DNA from: Candidatus Levybacteria bacterium RIFCSPLOWO2_12_FULL_41_12 | GTDB taxonomy: Bacteria; Patescibacteriota; Microgenomatia; Levybacterales; UBA12049 | DNA length: 64,000 bases | Direction: 5' to 3' | Assembly: GCA_001784155.1 (NCBI GenBank) | Contig: MFPL01000006.1 | Location: 87,280-151,279, forward strand | Shown here: piece after piece, positions 1-9,038 of the stretch | How the letters are laid out: every line of letters starts with the position of its first letter | Numbering within the stretch: the first letter of the stretch is position 1 | Program-made: the position numbers and the translations under genes | Notes under the pieces: generated by a model | Told to the model about the DNA's origin: nothing | The model's input: only the letters and a program-made list of their open reading frames with translations | The model's database searches: none

Positions 1-12
1 AATAAATTTGCA

Positions 13-411
13 ATGACACAATTTTCAAGAACTTATAACTTGGAGGAGAGAACTGCAAAATTTGGGGAGGATGTAATATTGCTTTGTAGGGGAATTGGTC
101 AAGACCCAATAACAAAGCCTATCATCTCTCAACTTGTGAGATCTGCCACAAGTATCGGCGCTAATTATACGGAAGCAAATGCTGCGAGTTCAAGAAAAGA
201 TTTTGCAAACAAGATTTTTATCTGCAAAAAAGAATCGCAGGAAACTAAACATTGGTTAAGAATGCTCGCCAAAAGCCTGCCTGAGCTTAACGAAAAAATC
301 CGGATTCTTTGGAAGGAATGTCAAGAACTGACTCTTATATTCCAACGCATAACATCAACAATCAGAAATGGCAGATCAAGAATTGAAAATTCAATGAAAA
401 TTAAAAACTGA
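13..411 (+). CDS. four-helix-bundle protein (23S rRNA IVP / TIGR02436-like)
   Basis: Motifs QLVRSATSIGANYTEA, SRKDF, KESQETKHWL typical of the family. Confidence 0.9.
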   Translation: MTQFSRTYNLEERTAKFGEDVILLCRGIGQDPITKPIISQLVRSATSIGANYTEANAASSRKDFANKIFICKKESQETKHWLRMLAKSLPELNEKIRILWKECQELTLIFQRITSTIRNGRSRIENSMKIKN

Positions 412-426
412 AAATTAGAAATTAAT
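380..426 (+). repeat. 7-nt periodic AT-rich array (RAAATTR-like) at 3' end of four-helix-bundle gene
   Basis: gaattgaaaattcaatgaaaattaaaaactgaaaattagaaatt; 382-402 matches 18829-18849 at 20/21. Confidence 0.7.
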
Positions 427-434
427 ATTAATTT

Positions 435-1091
435 ATGAAGAAGACTGTCCTACCAAAAGCATCAACACAAAAGTTTACCGAAGTCAAAGAAATTCAAGAC
501 AATCTGGTTCTTTTCCTAGACAACAGCGCTGTTTCGGTTGTTGAGGTTAATGCTACGAATTTTACCCTTCAAAGCCAGGCAGAACAAGACTCAAAGATCG
601 CGTCCTATGCTTCATTTCTTAACTCTTTGTCGTTTTCGATAGAAATAATCATAAGAAGTCAAAAGCTTGACATCGCCTCATATCTTGCGACTCTTGATAT
701 TGAAGCACAAAGATCAAAAAACCAAAACCTTTCATCCTTCATAAAATCCTATAAAACGTTCGTTGAAGAACTCCTAAAAACAAAGGTTGTTCTTGATAAA
801 AGATTTTATATAGTAATTCCCTACTCTCCCCTAGAAAGAGGCGTGAGCGGCGCGAAGAAGAAATCTTCCCAGACCGCAGCAATGGAGGCCAACTCAGTTC
901 TTCGCTCTAAGACGGAGTCGGTACTAATGCAAATAAAAAGGGTTGGCCTTTCGGCAAAGCTTTTGTCAAAAGAGGAGTTAATAGCCCTGTTCCATGATTT
1001 TTATAACATCTCTGGAGGCGCGTCAGCGCATGATGCAAAAAGTCCTATGGTTCTATCCCAAAAACCCTTCGACGTTGCTCAGGGTAAATAA
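435..1091 (+). CDS. VirB4-associated protein of CPR T4SS-like cluster (TraC/TrsD N-terminal-like)
   Basis: Directly upstream of VirB4; motifs NFTLQSQAEQD, FLNSLSF, KRFYIVIPY. Confidence 0.6.
   Translation: MKKTVLPKASTQKFTEVKEIQDNLVLFLDNSAVSVVEVNATNFTLQSQAEQDSKIASYASFLNSLSFSIEIIIRSQKLDIASYLATLDIEAQRSKNQNLSSFIKSYKTFVEELLKTKVVLDKRFYIVIPYSPLERGVSGAKKKSSQTAAMEANSVLRSKTESVLMQIKRVGLSAKLLSKEELIALFHDFYNISGGASAHDAKSPMVLSQKPFDVAQGK
1065..1088 (+). repeat. hairpin element (TTCG...CTCA type) encoding PFDVAQGK
   Basis: CCC-TTCGACGTTGCTCA-GGG-TAAA; similar to 60675-60698 and 18181-18214. Confidence 0.7.
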
Positions 1092-1093
1092 AT

Positions 1094-2989
1094 ATGAAAT
1101 TTTTAAAGAAAAAAGGCAAGGCGAGGGAGGAGACAGTTACCCAAGCTGGATCTTCGCAGTTTGAAAAAGGGATGATGTCTGTAACCGACATAATAGCACC
1201 GTCATCAATTGAGATAGATTTTAATCACATAAGGGTCGGCGAAAAATTTTCAAGAACTTTTTTTGTGGTAGGGTATCCGCGCTTTGTGTCTCCCAACTGG
1301 CTTGAGCCACTTATAGATTTTGATCATTCGCTTAACATTTCTATGTTTTGTTATCCTGCCTCCGGACCCGATGTGTTGTCAGACATTAGACGCAAAATCG
1401 CAGAAATGGAAGCCACTGTTTCTATCCAGGAAGAACACGGAGAAGTATCTGACCCAAAGGTGATTGCGGCTCTGGAGGACGCCTTATCTGTTCAAGAGGA
1501 ATTGGCAAAAGGGATGGAGCGCTTTTTCCAGTTTAGCTTATATATTACGCTTAACTCTGACTCCATAGCAGATCTGGAAAGTGCATCCAAGGCGTTAAAA
1601 TCACTTATGGCATCAATCCTCGTGATGGCAAAGCCCGCAACTCTCCAGATGGAGGAAGGACTTAAATCCACTCTTCCAATGGGATCGGACAGACTTTATA
1701 TTGCACGCAACATGGACACCACCTCTCTTGCGTCAACTTTCCCGTTCACGTCATCTATTCTTACCCAAGACAAAGGTGTGATGTACGGGATTAATCAGCT
1801 CAACGGTTCGCTCATTATTTTTGACAGATTTAGCCTTGAGAACGCGAACGAAGTAGTTTTCGGAAAGTCAGGTTCGGGAAAATCCTATCTTACAAAACTT
1901 GAAACGCTCAGACAGTTCATGTTTGGAACCGAGGTAATAATTATTGATCCTGAGGGAGAATATGAAAAGATGACAAAAGCGCTGGGCGGGGAATATCTTT
2001 CCTTCACTCCGTCTTCTCCTATTAAAATCAATCCGTTTGATCTATCAGGACTTTATGAGGAGGGGGAAAATGAATTGGGGCTTAAGATCCTGTCTCTCCA
2101 CGCTCTCTTAAAAATAGTCATGGGAGCACTCGACTCAGGGCACGAAGCAATTTTAGACAGAGCGTTTGTGCAAGCTTATCAGCAAAAAGGGATAACTGCA
2201 GATCCATCTACCCAAACAAAAGAACCTCCCCTCATGGAGGACCTTTACAAAATTCTTTTAGGGATGGAGGACGCAACCGCAAAAGACCTGGCTCTAAGGC
2301 TAGAGCGATTTATCAAAGGGTCTTTGTCCGGAATTTTTAACCAGCAGTCAAATTTCAACATACAAAACCCGTTTACTGTTTTTTCTACCAAAGAACTTGA
2401 GGATCAACTGCGTCCGATTGCAATGCACATAATTCTTGATTTTGTCTGGACGAAAATTAGAAAGGATCTTAAAAAAAGACTGTTAGTTTTGGATGAGGCT
2501 TGGTACCTTATGAAATACGAAGACTCTGCGTCTTTTGTTTATGGCATTGCCAAGAGAGCAAGGAAGTACTACCTGGGACTTACCACAATAACCCAGGACG
2601 TCCAAGACTTCCTTTCAACAGACTATGGCAAGGCAGTCCTTTCGAACTCATCTATACAGATACTTCTCAAGCAAAGCCCGACCGAAATTGACCAGATAGC
2701 CGAAGTTTTCTATCTTTCCCAGCAGGAAAAGCAGCTCCTTCTCTCAAGCGATATTGGAGAGGGACTATTCTTCGCAGGACAAAACCACGTCGCAATAAAG
2801 GCAATAGCCGCGCCATTTGAACACAATATTATTACATCAAAACCTGAGGAGATACTAAAATCGCAAGAAGAAATCACTGAGCCACTCCAGCCAAGCCCAG
2901 ACCTTGCGGCTGAGTTCATTAGCCCCCAACCGGGGGCTTCTGATCCCTCCGAGGACATTTCTTCTGAAATAAAAGATCAGAAAACATAA
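1094..2989 (+). CDS. virB4: VirB4/TraC-like ATPase
   Basis: Walker A GKSGSGKS, IIDPEGEY, INPFD, Walker B LDEAW, RARKY, ITQDVQDF. Confidence 0.85.
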   Translation: MKFLKKKGKAREETVTQAGSSQFEKGMMSVTDIIAPSSIEIDFNHIRVGEKFSRTFFVVGYPRFVSPNWLEPLIDFDHSLNISMFCYPASGPDVLSDIRRKIAEMEATVSIQEEHGEVSDPKVIAALEDALSVQEELAKGMERFFQFSLYITLNSDSIADLESASKALKSLMASILVMAKPATLQMEEGLKSTLPMGSDRLYIARNMDTTSLASTFPFTSSILTQDKGVMYGINQLNGSLIIFDRFSLENANEVVFGKSGSGKSYLTKLETLRQFMFGTEVIIIDPEGEYEKMTKALGGEYLSFTPSSPIKINPFDLSGLYEEGENELGLKILSLHALLKIVMGALDSGHEAILDRAFVQAYQQKGITADPSTQTKEPPLMEDLYKILLGMEDATAKDLALRLERFIKGSLSGIFNQQSNFNIQNPFTVFSTKELEDQLRPIAMHIILDFVWTKIRKDLKKRLLVLDEAWYLMKYEDSASFVYGIAKRARKYYLGLTTITQDVQDFLSTDYGKAVLSNSSIQILLKQSPTEIDQIAEVFYLSQQEKQLLLSSDIGEGLFFAGQNHVAIKAIAAPFEHNIITSKPEEILKSQEEITEPLQPSPDLAAEFISPQPGASDPSEDISSEIKDQKT

Positions 2990-2999
2990 TCTTTAAGCT

Positions 3000-3833
3000 A
3001 TGGCCGACGACCAAAGACAAAAAACAAGAGTTAGCCCTTCAGGTATTAGAACCGCAATCAAAATTGCCAGATGGGCATTTTCTCCAGGCAAAATGGTCTT
3101 CGCGTCGGTTTTTGGAATTATGATATCGACCTTTATCTTTGTTACGGTTTTTGCTGCCACAGAAGGAGGAGTTATAGCTCCAGTTGATATCCCCCCCGGC
3201 GAAGAGCAGCCTCCCCCACCACCCGGCGAAGAACCCCCGCCGCCTCCGCCGCCCCCACTGTGCGGAACAGTTTGGGACAGTATTAAAAATGACTTTTCGG
3301 TTAGTGTATTTGTTGAAAAAACCAATAACAGATATGACAACTGTTCAGATCTTCAAGAGATTTATGAGGCCTATCAGAAAGCATCCCAATCAGATAGATA
3401 CAGATCACTTCTTAATGGCACCTCAACAACCATGAGAATTTATACCGACGAGGGATGTTCGGCATATACTCATAGCCCCTTTATAGACATTTATATTAAG
3501 GGCTGTCGGGACATAACCATAACCTACCTAACTCTCCATGAAACAGGACATCGTCTTTCTAGATTTATGCAGCCAGAATTCTCAAGGAATAAATTAGACG
3601 AACTTATAGAAAAAGATCCCACATGTTATGATCAGGGATACTTAAAGTCTTATTTCCGAAGAAAAGGAAGCAAACACGGCGAGTCGTTTGCCGAAATGGC
3701 GGCTTTATATGTTATGGGCGGAAGAGAAAGAGTAGCGGGAGAGGGAAGACCCATATCGGACTTTAAAAGCGAGTGCGACGACAGCTACAATTATATAGGT
3801 GGGGCTCTTTATGGAGGCTATGAATTTAGATGA
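3000..3833 (+). CDS. membrane-anchored putative zinc metallopeptidase with proline-rich stalk
   Basis: N-terminal TM helix, PPGEE/poly-Pro linker, HETGH plus downstream ESFAE. Confidence 0.6.
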   Translation: MADDQRQKTRVSPSGIRTAIKIARWAFSPGKMVFASVFGIMISTFIFVTVFAATEGGVIAPVDIPPGEEQPPPPPGEEPPPPPPPPLCGTVWDSIKNDFSVSVFVEKTNNRYDNCSDLQEIYEAYQKASQSDRYRSLLNGTSTTMRIYTDEGCSAYTHSPFIDIYIKGCRDITITYLTLHETGHRLSRFMQPEFSRNKLDELIEKDPTCYDQGYLKSYFRRKGSKHGESFAEMAALYVMGGRERVAGEGRPISDFKSECDDSYNYIGGALYGGYEFR

Positions 3834-4432
3834 TTTTTTATAAAAAAAGCTTAATTTTGATTATTGGTTCTATTTTGCTGATGGCAGTTCTCTTGATATC
3901 CCTTTTGTTTACACAAAGAGGGCAGGAGATAAAGGAGATTAGTCCAAAAACAATTGATAAGAGCAGTCCTTTTAAAGACTATACAAACATGAACTTTCTA
4001 AAACCGGGGATACATACAGAGGCAGATGTTGAAAAAATTCTAGGCATGCCAAAAACTATAACCCACAAAGGGGACAAGAAATATCTTCTGTACGATACTC
4101 CCTTTAATGACTTTGGGAATTTTGTTGTATTAAGAGATGGGAAAGTAGAATATGCTTTGGAAAATGTTTTTGGAAATTATCGAGGAAACCTAGATGATTA
4201 TAGGAAAATGTGTGGGAAAGAAGATAGGGTTTATTATGAAGACGGGGATGATGGAGAATGGTATGTTTTTCTAAAATGCGGGGTCGCTGTCGATGTTTTT
4301 GAATTCACAAGACAGGTGTTTTACTTTATCCCTCAAAACGAAGTTTCTTTTTTCAAAAACTTTTCAGGAGAACTTAAGATGCAAAAAGAGCCCCCTGAAG
4401 AAGACATAGAAACATTTATCCCTGCACCCTGA
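3830..4432 (+). CDS. hypothetical membrane-anchored protein
   Basis: ATGA overlap with upstream gene; N-terminal hydrophobic helix. Confidence 0.6.
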   Translation: MIFYKKSLILIIGSILLMAVLLISLLFTQRGQEIKEISPKTIDKSSPFKDYTNMNFLKPGIHTEADVEKILGMPKTITHKGDKKYLLYDTPFNDFGNFVVLRDGKVEYALENVFGNYRGNLDDYRKMCGKEDRVYYEDGDDGEWYVFLKCGVAVDVFEFTRQVFYFIPQNEVSFFKNFSGELKMQKEPPEEDIETFIPAP

Positions 4433-5519
4433 TTGGCATTATGATATGGAGGAAGTTTTTATTTCCTTCTTCTTTAAAAACCCCAGGAGAAAGAGGCCCT
4501 GACATTTCAAAAAGGACACTATCTCCGTCCATAACAGAAAGTATGTCTAGTAAATATCTCGCGTTAAACGCGATCTCGTTTTCCTCGCCATTCACTTTTG
4601 CCTCCACCTCTACGCTATTTTCTCCAACAGATGAGGCGCTGGATGAAAAAATAACCTTATCTTTTTTTACAGTGAGTCTCATTACGTTTGCAGCATCTCT
4701 TGCAAAAACAGAGCAAATCCTGACTGCGTTTTGCGCTTCATTTTTGTCAAAAATCGCAGTTACCGAAAGATCGTGGGGAACTATCTTTGCGTAATCCGGA
4801 AACTCCGCTTCTATAAGCCTGCCAACTAGGGTTGATGAGTCCTGCACGAAGATTGCCTGGCTGTTTTCCCCAGACACAAAAAGTTTTATTTCGTCACTCA
4901 TGTTTTTCTGAGACAAAAGCTCTTTTATTACACGGGCGGGCAAGAGAAGCTTTTCTATCTTTTTTGAACCAAAAGAAAACCCCTTAAGAAGAGAGAGCCT
5001 GTAGCCGTCGGCTGCCACAACGTCTGTCCCGCCACCCCCCATTCCTGTTATTAAAACTCCCGATAAGGCCGGCCTGCCGGAGTCTTGAGACGCAGCGAAA
5101 ACCACCTTGTTCAAAAGGAGCATGTCTTCTTTTTTTATAACGCCCATGCCTTCTCCTTTTTCGCTTTGTATTTTGGGGAATTCGCCCGCTGGCATAGTAG
5201 AAAAGGAGGTTTTAATTTTTTCCCCGGTAATATTAAGAAGTGGTCCTTCAAGAGATAAAACCAGCTTCTCCTGAGTTACGTTTGAGATGAGGTCAAAAAG
5301 TGTTTTTGCTGGAACTGTTGTCTCTCCCTCTTCGTCTGTTTTTGCTGGTACATTAACAGTTATGCCTATTTCTAAATCCGTCGCGCTTATAACAAGCTCT
5401 CCTTTTTTTGCCTGAATAAGAAAGTTAAGAAGTATCGGAAGTTGGCTTCTTGAAGAAACAGCGTGATTTACAAAAGTTAACCCTTCCCTGAAGTTCTCTG
5501 TTAAAACCGTGGCTTTCAT
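4416..5519 (-). CDS. dnaN: DNA polymerase III beta clamp
   Basis: ATDLE, RPALSGV, ADGYRL, RLIEAEFPDY, IAFNARYL, IMPIR; start set at MKATV (5519). Confidence 0.95.
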   Translation of the reverse strand: MKATVLTENFREGLTFVNHAVSSRSQLPILLNFLIQAKKGELVISATDLEIGITVNVPAKTDEEGETTVPAKTLFDLISNVTQEKLVLSLEGPLLNITGEKIKTSFSTMPAGEFPKIQSEKGEGMGVIKKEDMLLLNKVVFAASQDSGRPALSGVLITGMGGGGTDVVAADGYRLSLLKGFSFGSKKIEKLLLPARVIKELLSQKNMSDEIKLFVSGENSQAIFVQDSSTLVGRLIEAEFPDYAKIVPHDLSVTAIFDKNEAQNAVRICSVFARDAANVMRLTVKKDKVIFSSSASSVGENSVEVEAKVNGEENEIAFNARYLLDILSVMDGDSVLFEMSGPLSPGVFKEEGNKNFLHIIMPIRVQG

Positions 5520-5692
5520 AAGTAATATAATTTGTTGTTGTAGTAGGTTAGCAGGAAAAGTGGAAAAAAGCAACACTTTCGAGGCTAAAATTTATGTGGA
5601 TAACTGGTGGAAGAGAACCCAGGCAACTTGTTGACAAAAAAATTAGGATTTGTAATCCACATTTGACAGGTAATTCTTTCCGGTTATCCCCA
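5520..5692. other. putative oriC (DnaA boxes, DnaA-trio-like run, AT-rich unwinding element)
   Basis: Perfect box TGTGGATAA 5595-5603; 1-mismatch boxes TAATCCACA 5653-5661 and TTATCCCCA 5684-5692; TTGTTGTTGTAGTAG near 5532-5546; located between dnaA and dnaN. Confidence 0.75.
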
Positions 5693-6989
5693 ACATATCC
5701 TTAGAAAGTGTAGTCTTTTCAAGTAAGCCCTCTATTTTTTCAACACCATGCATGATTGTTGTATGATCCCGTCCGCCCAAAAGATTACCAATTTCTGAAA
5801 AAGTAAGCTCGGACTCTTTTTTCAAAAGATACATACAAACCTGTCTTGCCCTAACAAGTCCTGCATCCCTCTTCGGTCCTTTAAGCAGGGTGGGCTTGAT
5901 ATTGTAAAAATTACAAGTATTTCTAATTACTTCATCTGCCCCAAAGCCCGCGGTGCCACCATTTTGGGTATTCGCAAGAACGCCAGATCTGATTACATCA
6001 TCTTGTTCAACTCCGCGAGTCTCGGTTTCTGTGATAAGCCTTAAAAGGATTCCTTCGAGCTCCCTGGCGTCTTGTGTTTTTTCTGCAATAGATTTTGCCG
6101 TGTCCATTGACAGGTCGTAATCATACTTCTTCGCTTTTATAAGAAGTATTGCGCATCGAAGCTCAAAATCCAGGGGCCCAATGTCTACGGTGAGCCCTCC
6201 GCTGAATCTTGAAATAAGCCTTTTCTCAACCTTTTTCATTTCAGATGGGGGATGATCAGATGAAAGAACTATTTGCGCGCCGCCGTCAATGAGAGTGTTA
6301 AATGTGTGAAAAAGCTCTTCTTGAACTCTTTCTTTTCCAGCCAAAAACTGAACATCGTCCAAAAGAAATAGGGACGCTGATCGAAACCTCCTCTTCATGT
6401 CTGCGGTGTTGTTTGTTCTTATGGCATTTACCACCTCGTTTGTAAATTCCTCGCTCGTTATGTAGATAACCTTAGAGGACGGGGTTTTTAGATATACCTC
6501 ATTTGCAACAGCCTGCATGAGATGCGTTTTACCAACCCCTACCGGTCCATAAATGAAAAGAGGATTGTAAGTTCTTCCTATTTTTTCGGCAACTGTTTTG
6601 GCGCTAACGTATGCAAGCTGGTTGCTCGTTGAGACAGCCATGTTTTGAAACGTATAGTCGGCTCTTACTCTGGGGAGATGGCCTACTGTTCTTGTTGCGC
6701 TAGCTTCAAATAATGGCGCTTCTGTAACAGCCTCCTTGGTGATGGTCTTTGGTACGAACAGAAGTTTTGTGGTCTGTCCGGTGTGAGCGTCGAGCGACTT
6801 TTTAATAAGATCATAGAACCTTTTTTGGATAAGATCTATTATCATCGCTGAGGGCGCGGCTATAGTTACCGCTCCGTTTTCGAAAGAAACTAGAGATGTA
6901 TTTTTGAATAAAGTCAGGAAAATCGCTTTTGAAACTTCTGTTTGTATTTCAGCAAGCACCTTGTCCCAAAGCTTTGCGTCTAATGTCAT
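5643..6989 (-). CDS. dnaA: chromosomal replication initiator DnaA
   Basis: YNPLFIYGPVGVGKTHL, LDDVQFLAGKE, GGRDHTTIMH. Confidence 0.97.
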   Translation of the reverse strand: MTLDAKLWDKVLAEIQTEVSKAIFLTLFKNTSLVSFENGAVTIAAPSAMIIDLIQKRFYDLIKKSLDAHTGQTTKLLFVPKTITKEAVTEAPLFEASATRTVGHLPRVRADYTFQNMAVSTSNQLAYVSAKTVAEKIGRTYNPLFIYGPVGVGKTHLMQAVANEVYLKTPSSKVIYITSEEFTNEVVNAIRTNNTADMKRRFRSASLFLLDDVQFLAGKERVQEELFHTFNTLIDGGAQIVLSSDHPPSEMKKVEKRLISRFSGGLTVDIGPLDFELRCAILLIKAKKYDYDLSMDTAKSIAEKTQDARELEGILLRLITETETRGVEQDDVIRSGVLANTQNGGTAGFGADEVIRNTCNFYNIKPTLLKGPKRDAGLVRARQVCMYLLKKESELTFSEIGNLLGGRDHTTIMHGVEKIEGLLEKTTLSKDMLGITGKNYLSNVDYKS

Positions 6990-7111
6990 AGGGTAACTAA
7001 GGAGTTTACCAGACGCTCATGTTTTGCTGTCAAGATAATAAAGTGGATATAACCAGATACTAAATTAGCACTTTTAAAGAATACCCCGTTTTGTTATACT
7101 AAATCGAATTT

Positions 7112-7246
7112 ATGGAAAAGCTTATCAAGCTCAAAAAAATAAAAAGGAAAAGAAAACACGGTTTTAGAGAAAGAGCAAAGACTTCTGGAGGCCGGAAGGT
7201 TCTTAAGAAAAGAAGGCAGACAAAAAGAGCGAGACTTACCATCTAA
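7112..7246 (+). CDS. rpmH: 50S ribosomal protein L34 (absent from ORF track)
   Basis: 44 aa MEKLIKLKKIKRKRKHGFRERAKTSGGRKVLKKRRQTKRARLTI; TAATG overlap with rnpA; divergent from dnaA. Confidence 0.9.
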   Translation: MEKLIKLKKIKRKRKHGFRERAKTSGGRKVLKKRRQTKRARLTI

Positions 7247-7587
7247 TGCTTAAGAAGAAATATCGTTTGGTAGGACACAGTCTAGGAGCAAAAAGAAAAG
7301 TTGAAGACGCGCTTTTCATCTTAAGAATTTCAAACAACAAGCAAAAGGATTCAAGGTTTGGATTTATCGTTTCAAAATCCATTGACAAAAGAGCGGTAGT
7401 GAGAAATAGGGTTAAAAGAGTTTTCCGTTCACTAATTGAGGAAAGGATAGCTGGAATAAAGCCGGGTAAAGACTTTTCGTTTATAATAAAAAGAAAAGCA
7501 ATAGAAGCGGACAGAAACGAGCTCTCAAGGTCTCTAATTTCCGTTTTAAGAAAAGAAGAAGTATTAAATGAAAAAACTAACAGTTGA
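7246..7587 (+). CDS. rnpA: RNase P protein component
   Basis: RFGFIVSKSIDKRAVVRNRVKR (RNR motif); synteny. Confidence 0.93.
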   Translation: MLKKKYRLVGHSLGAKRKVEDALFILRISNNKQKDSRFGFIVSKSIDKRAVVRNRVKRVFRSLIEERIAGIKPGKDFSFIIKRKAIEADRNELSRSLISVLRKEEVLNEKTNS

Positions 7588-7786
7588 ATTTATCCACGTT
7601 TACAGAATAACCTTCTCCTTTTTACTGAAGAATATTTTAGGCGTTCCCAGGATGTGCAGATTTGATATTACATGTTCAGACTACGCTATCCACTCCATAG
7701 AAAAATACGGTATCTTAAAGGGCGGACAAATGTCGGTTTCAAGGCTTTTAAAATGTCAGCCGTTTTATAAAGAGGGGGCTTATTAA
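7568..7786 (+). CDS. yidD: membrane protein insertion efficiency factor
   Basis: CRFDITCSDYA...KYGILKG...RLLKCQPF. Confidence 0.9.
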   Translation: MKKLTVEFIHVYRITFSFLLKNILGVPRMCRFDITCSDYAIHSIEKYGILKGGQMSVSRLLKCQPFYKEGAY

Positions 7787-7788
7787 AA

Positions 7789-8610
7789 ATGAGCGGAATT
7801 TATAATGCTTTAATTCTCCATCCGCTGGTAAGTATTCTTGTCGGAATTTACCAGATCATAAATGCCATAGGTATTCCCTACGCTTTAGGTTTTTCAATAA
7901 TAGGCCTAACAATAGTCATAAGGTTTGTTCTATATCCCCTAATGTCCACTCAGCTTAGGGCGTCTCAAAAGATGCAGAAGGTGGCTCCGCACATCTCAAA
8001 AATTAAGGAACTACACAAGGGGGATTCTAAAAGAATTCAGTCCGAGACAATGAGGCTTTATAAAGAGCATGGTGTAAATCCGTTCGCCGGGTGCCTACCT
8101 GCGCTTGTCCAGCTGCCTGTTCTCTTCGGGCTTTATTCAGTTCTCAATAAAGTTTTCCATTTAAAAAGTAACGAGGTGGTAGCCGAAGTGAACAGGCTTA
8201 CTTATAATTTCGATTTTCTTAAACTTAAAGAAGCATGGGATCCGACTTTTTTTGGAATTGCGCTGGGAGCAAGCCCATCTCAACTATTTGGTGATTATGG
8301 ACCATTTGTTTTTTTAGTTCCCCTACTCACAGGATTTCTCCAGTTCATCCAGTCGAAAATGATTTATGCTCCAAAAAGCAAGGAAGATAAGGCCAAGAAA
8401 AAAGACCAAGATTTCGCAAGTGCTTTTCAGTCACAAGCCACATACATATTCCCAGTAATGATAGGATTCTTTTCATTCTCTTTTCCCTTGGGTCTCTCGC
8501 TCTACTGGAATACATTCACCGTTTTTGGTATCATACAGCAGTATAAAATCCAAGGACTTGGAGGATTGGAACAAGACATAGCATGGATAAAAACGAAAGC
8601 AAAACGATAG
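7789..8610 (+). CDS. yidC: membrane protein insertase YidC/Oxa1
   Basis: IIGLTIVIR, LYKEHGVNPFAGCLP, LSLYW. Confidence 0.92.
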   Translation: MSGIYNALILHPLVSILVGIYQIINAIGIPYALGFSIIGLTIVIRFVLYPLMSTQLRASQKMQKVAPHISKIKELHKGDSKRIQSETMRLYKEHGVNPFAGCLPALVQLPVLFGLYSVLNKVFHLKSNEVVAEVNRLTYNFDFLKLKEAWDPTFFGIALGASPSQLFGDYGPFVFLVPLLTGFLQFIQSKMIYAPKSKEDKAKKKDQDFASAFQSQATYIFPVMIGFFSFSFPLGLSLYWNTFTVFGIIQQYKIQGLGGLEQDIAWIKTKAKR

Positions 8611-9038
8611 AGGAAACCGCAACGAAACTTTTCGATCTCCTGGGTATTGATGAACCATTTGAAGTTAAAGAAATTGAAGAAGGAGCGGAAGTTGTTATAA
8701 ATGCTACTGATTCGGGCGTCATCATCGGGCGCCATGGTGAAAACCTTGAAGGGCTTCAGCTGGTTCTTTCTCTTTGTGTTTCTCAAAAGCTCGGTGAGTT
8801 TAAAAGGATTTCCGTAGAGGTTGGGGACTATAAAAAGAAAAGAGAAGAATGGTTAACAAATCTTGCCGTCCAAACAAAAGAGCGGGCTTTGTCTGAAAAC
8901 CGGGAAATAGCCCTGTCAAATCTTAAATCGTGGGAAAGACGGATAGTTCATATATATCTTCAAGAAGATGGTGAGGTTGTCTCGGAGTCCATGGGGGAAG
9001 GGAAAGACAGAGTACTTATTGTCAAACCTAAGAACTAA
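8583..9038 (+). CDS. jag: Jag/KhpB RNA-binding protein (KH + R3H)
   Basis: IIGRHGENLEGLQ (KH), ERRIVH (R3H), SESMGEGKDR. Confidence 0.88.
   Translation: MDKNESKTIEETATKLFDLLGIDEPFEVKEIEEGAEVVINATDSGVIIGRHGENLEGLQLVLSLCVSQKLGEFKRISVEVGDYKKKREEWLTNLAVQTKERALSENREIALSNLKSWERRIVHIYLQEDGEVVSESMGEGKDRVLIVKPKN

Noticed and set aside
13-411. Four-helix-bundle gene as DGR Avd or a 23S rRNA intervening sequence
   Set aside because: No reverse transcriptase, TR/VR pair or rRNA in the window.
435-2989. VirB4 cluster as part of an ICE
   Set aside because: No relaxase, integrase or att boundary on the visible side; it fits the chromosomal CPR locus, although the upstream part is outside the window.
2993-3340. 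Gly-rich minus-strand ORF and other short antisense ORFs in the track
   Set aside because: Shadows of real genes; here the poly-Gly mirrors the poly-Pro codons.
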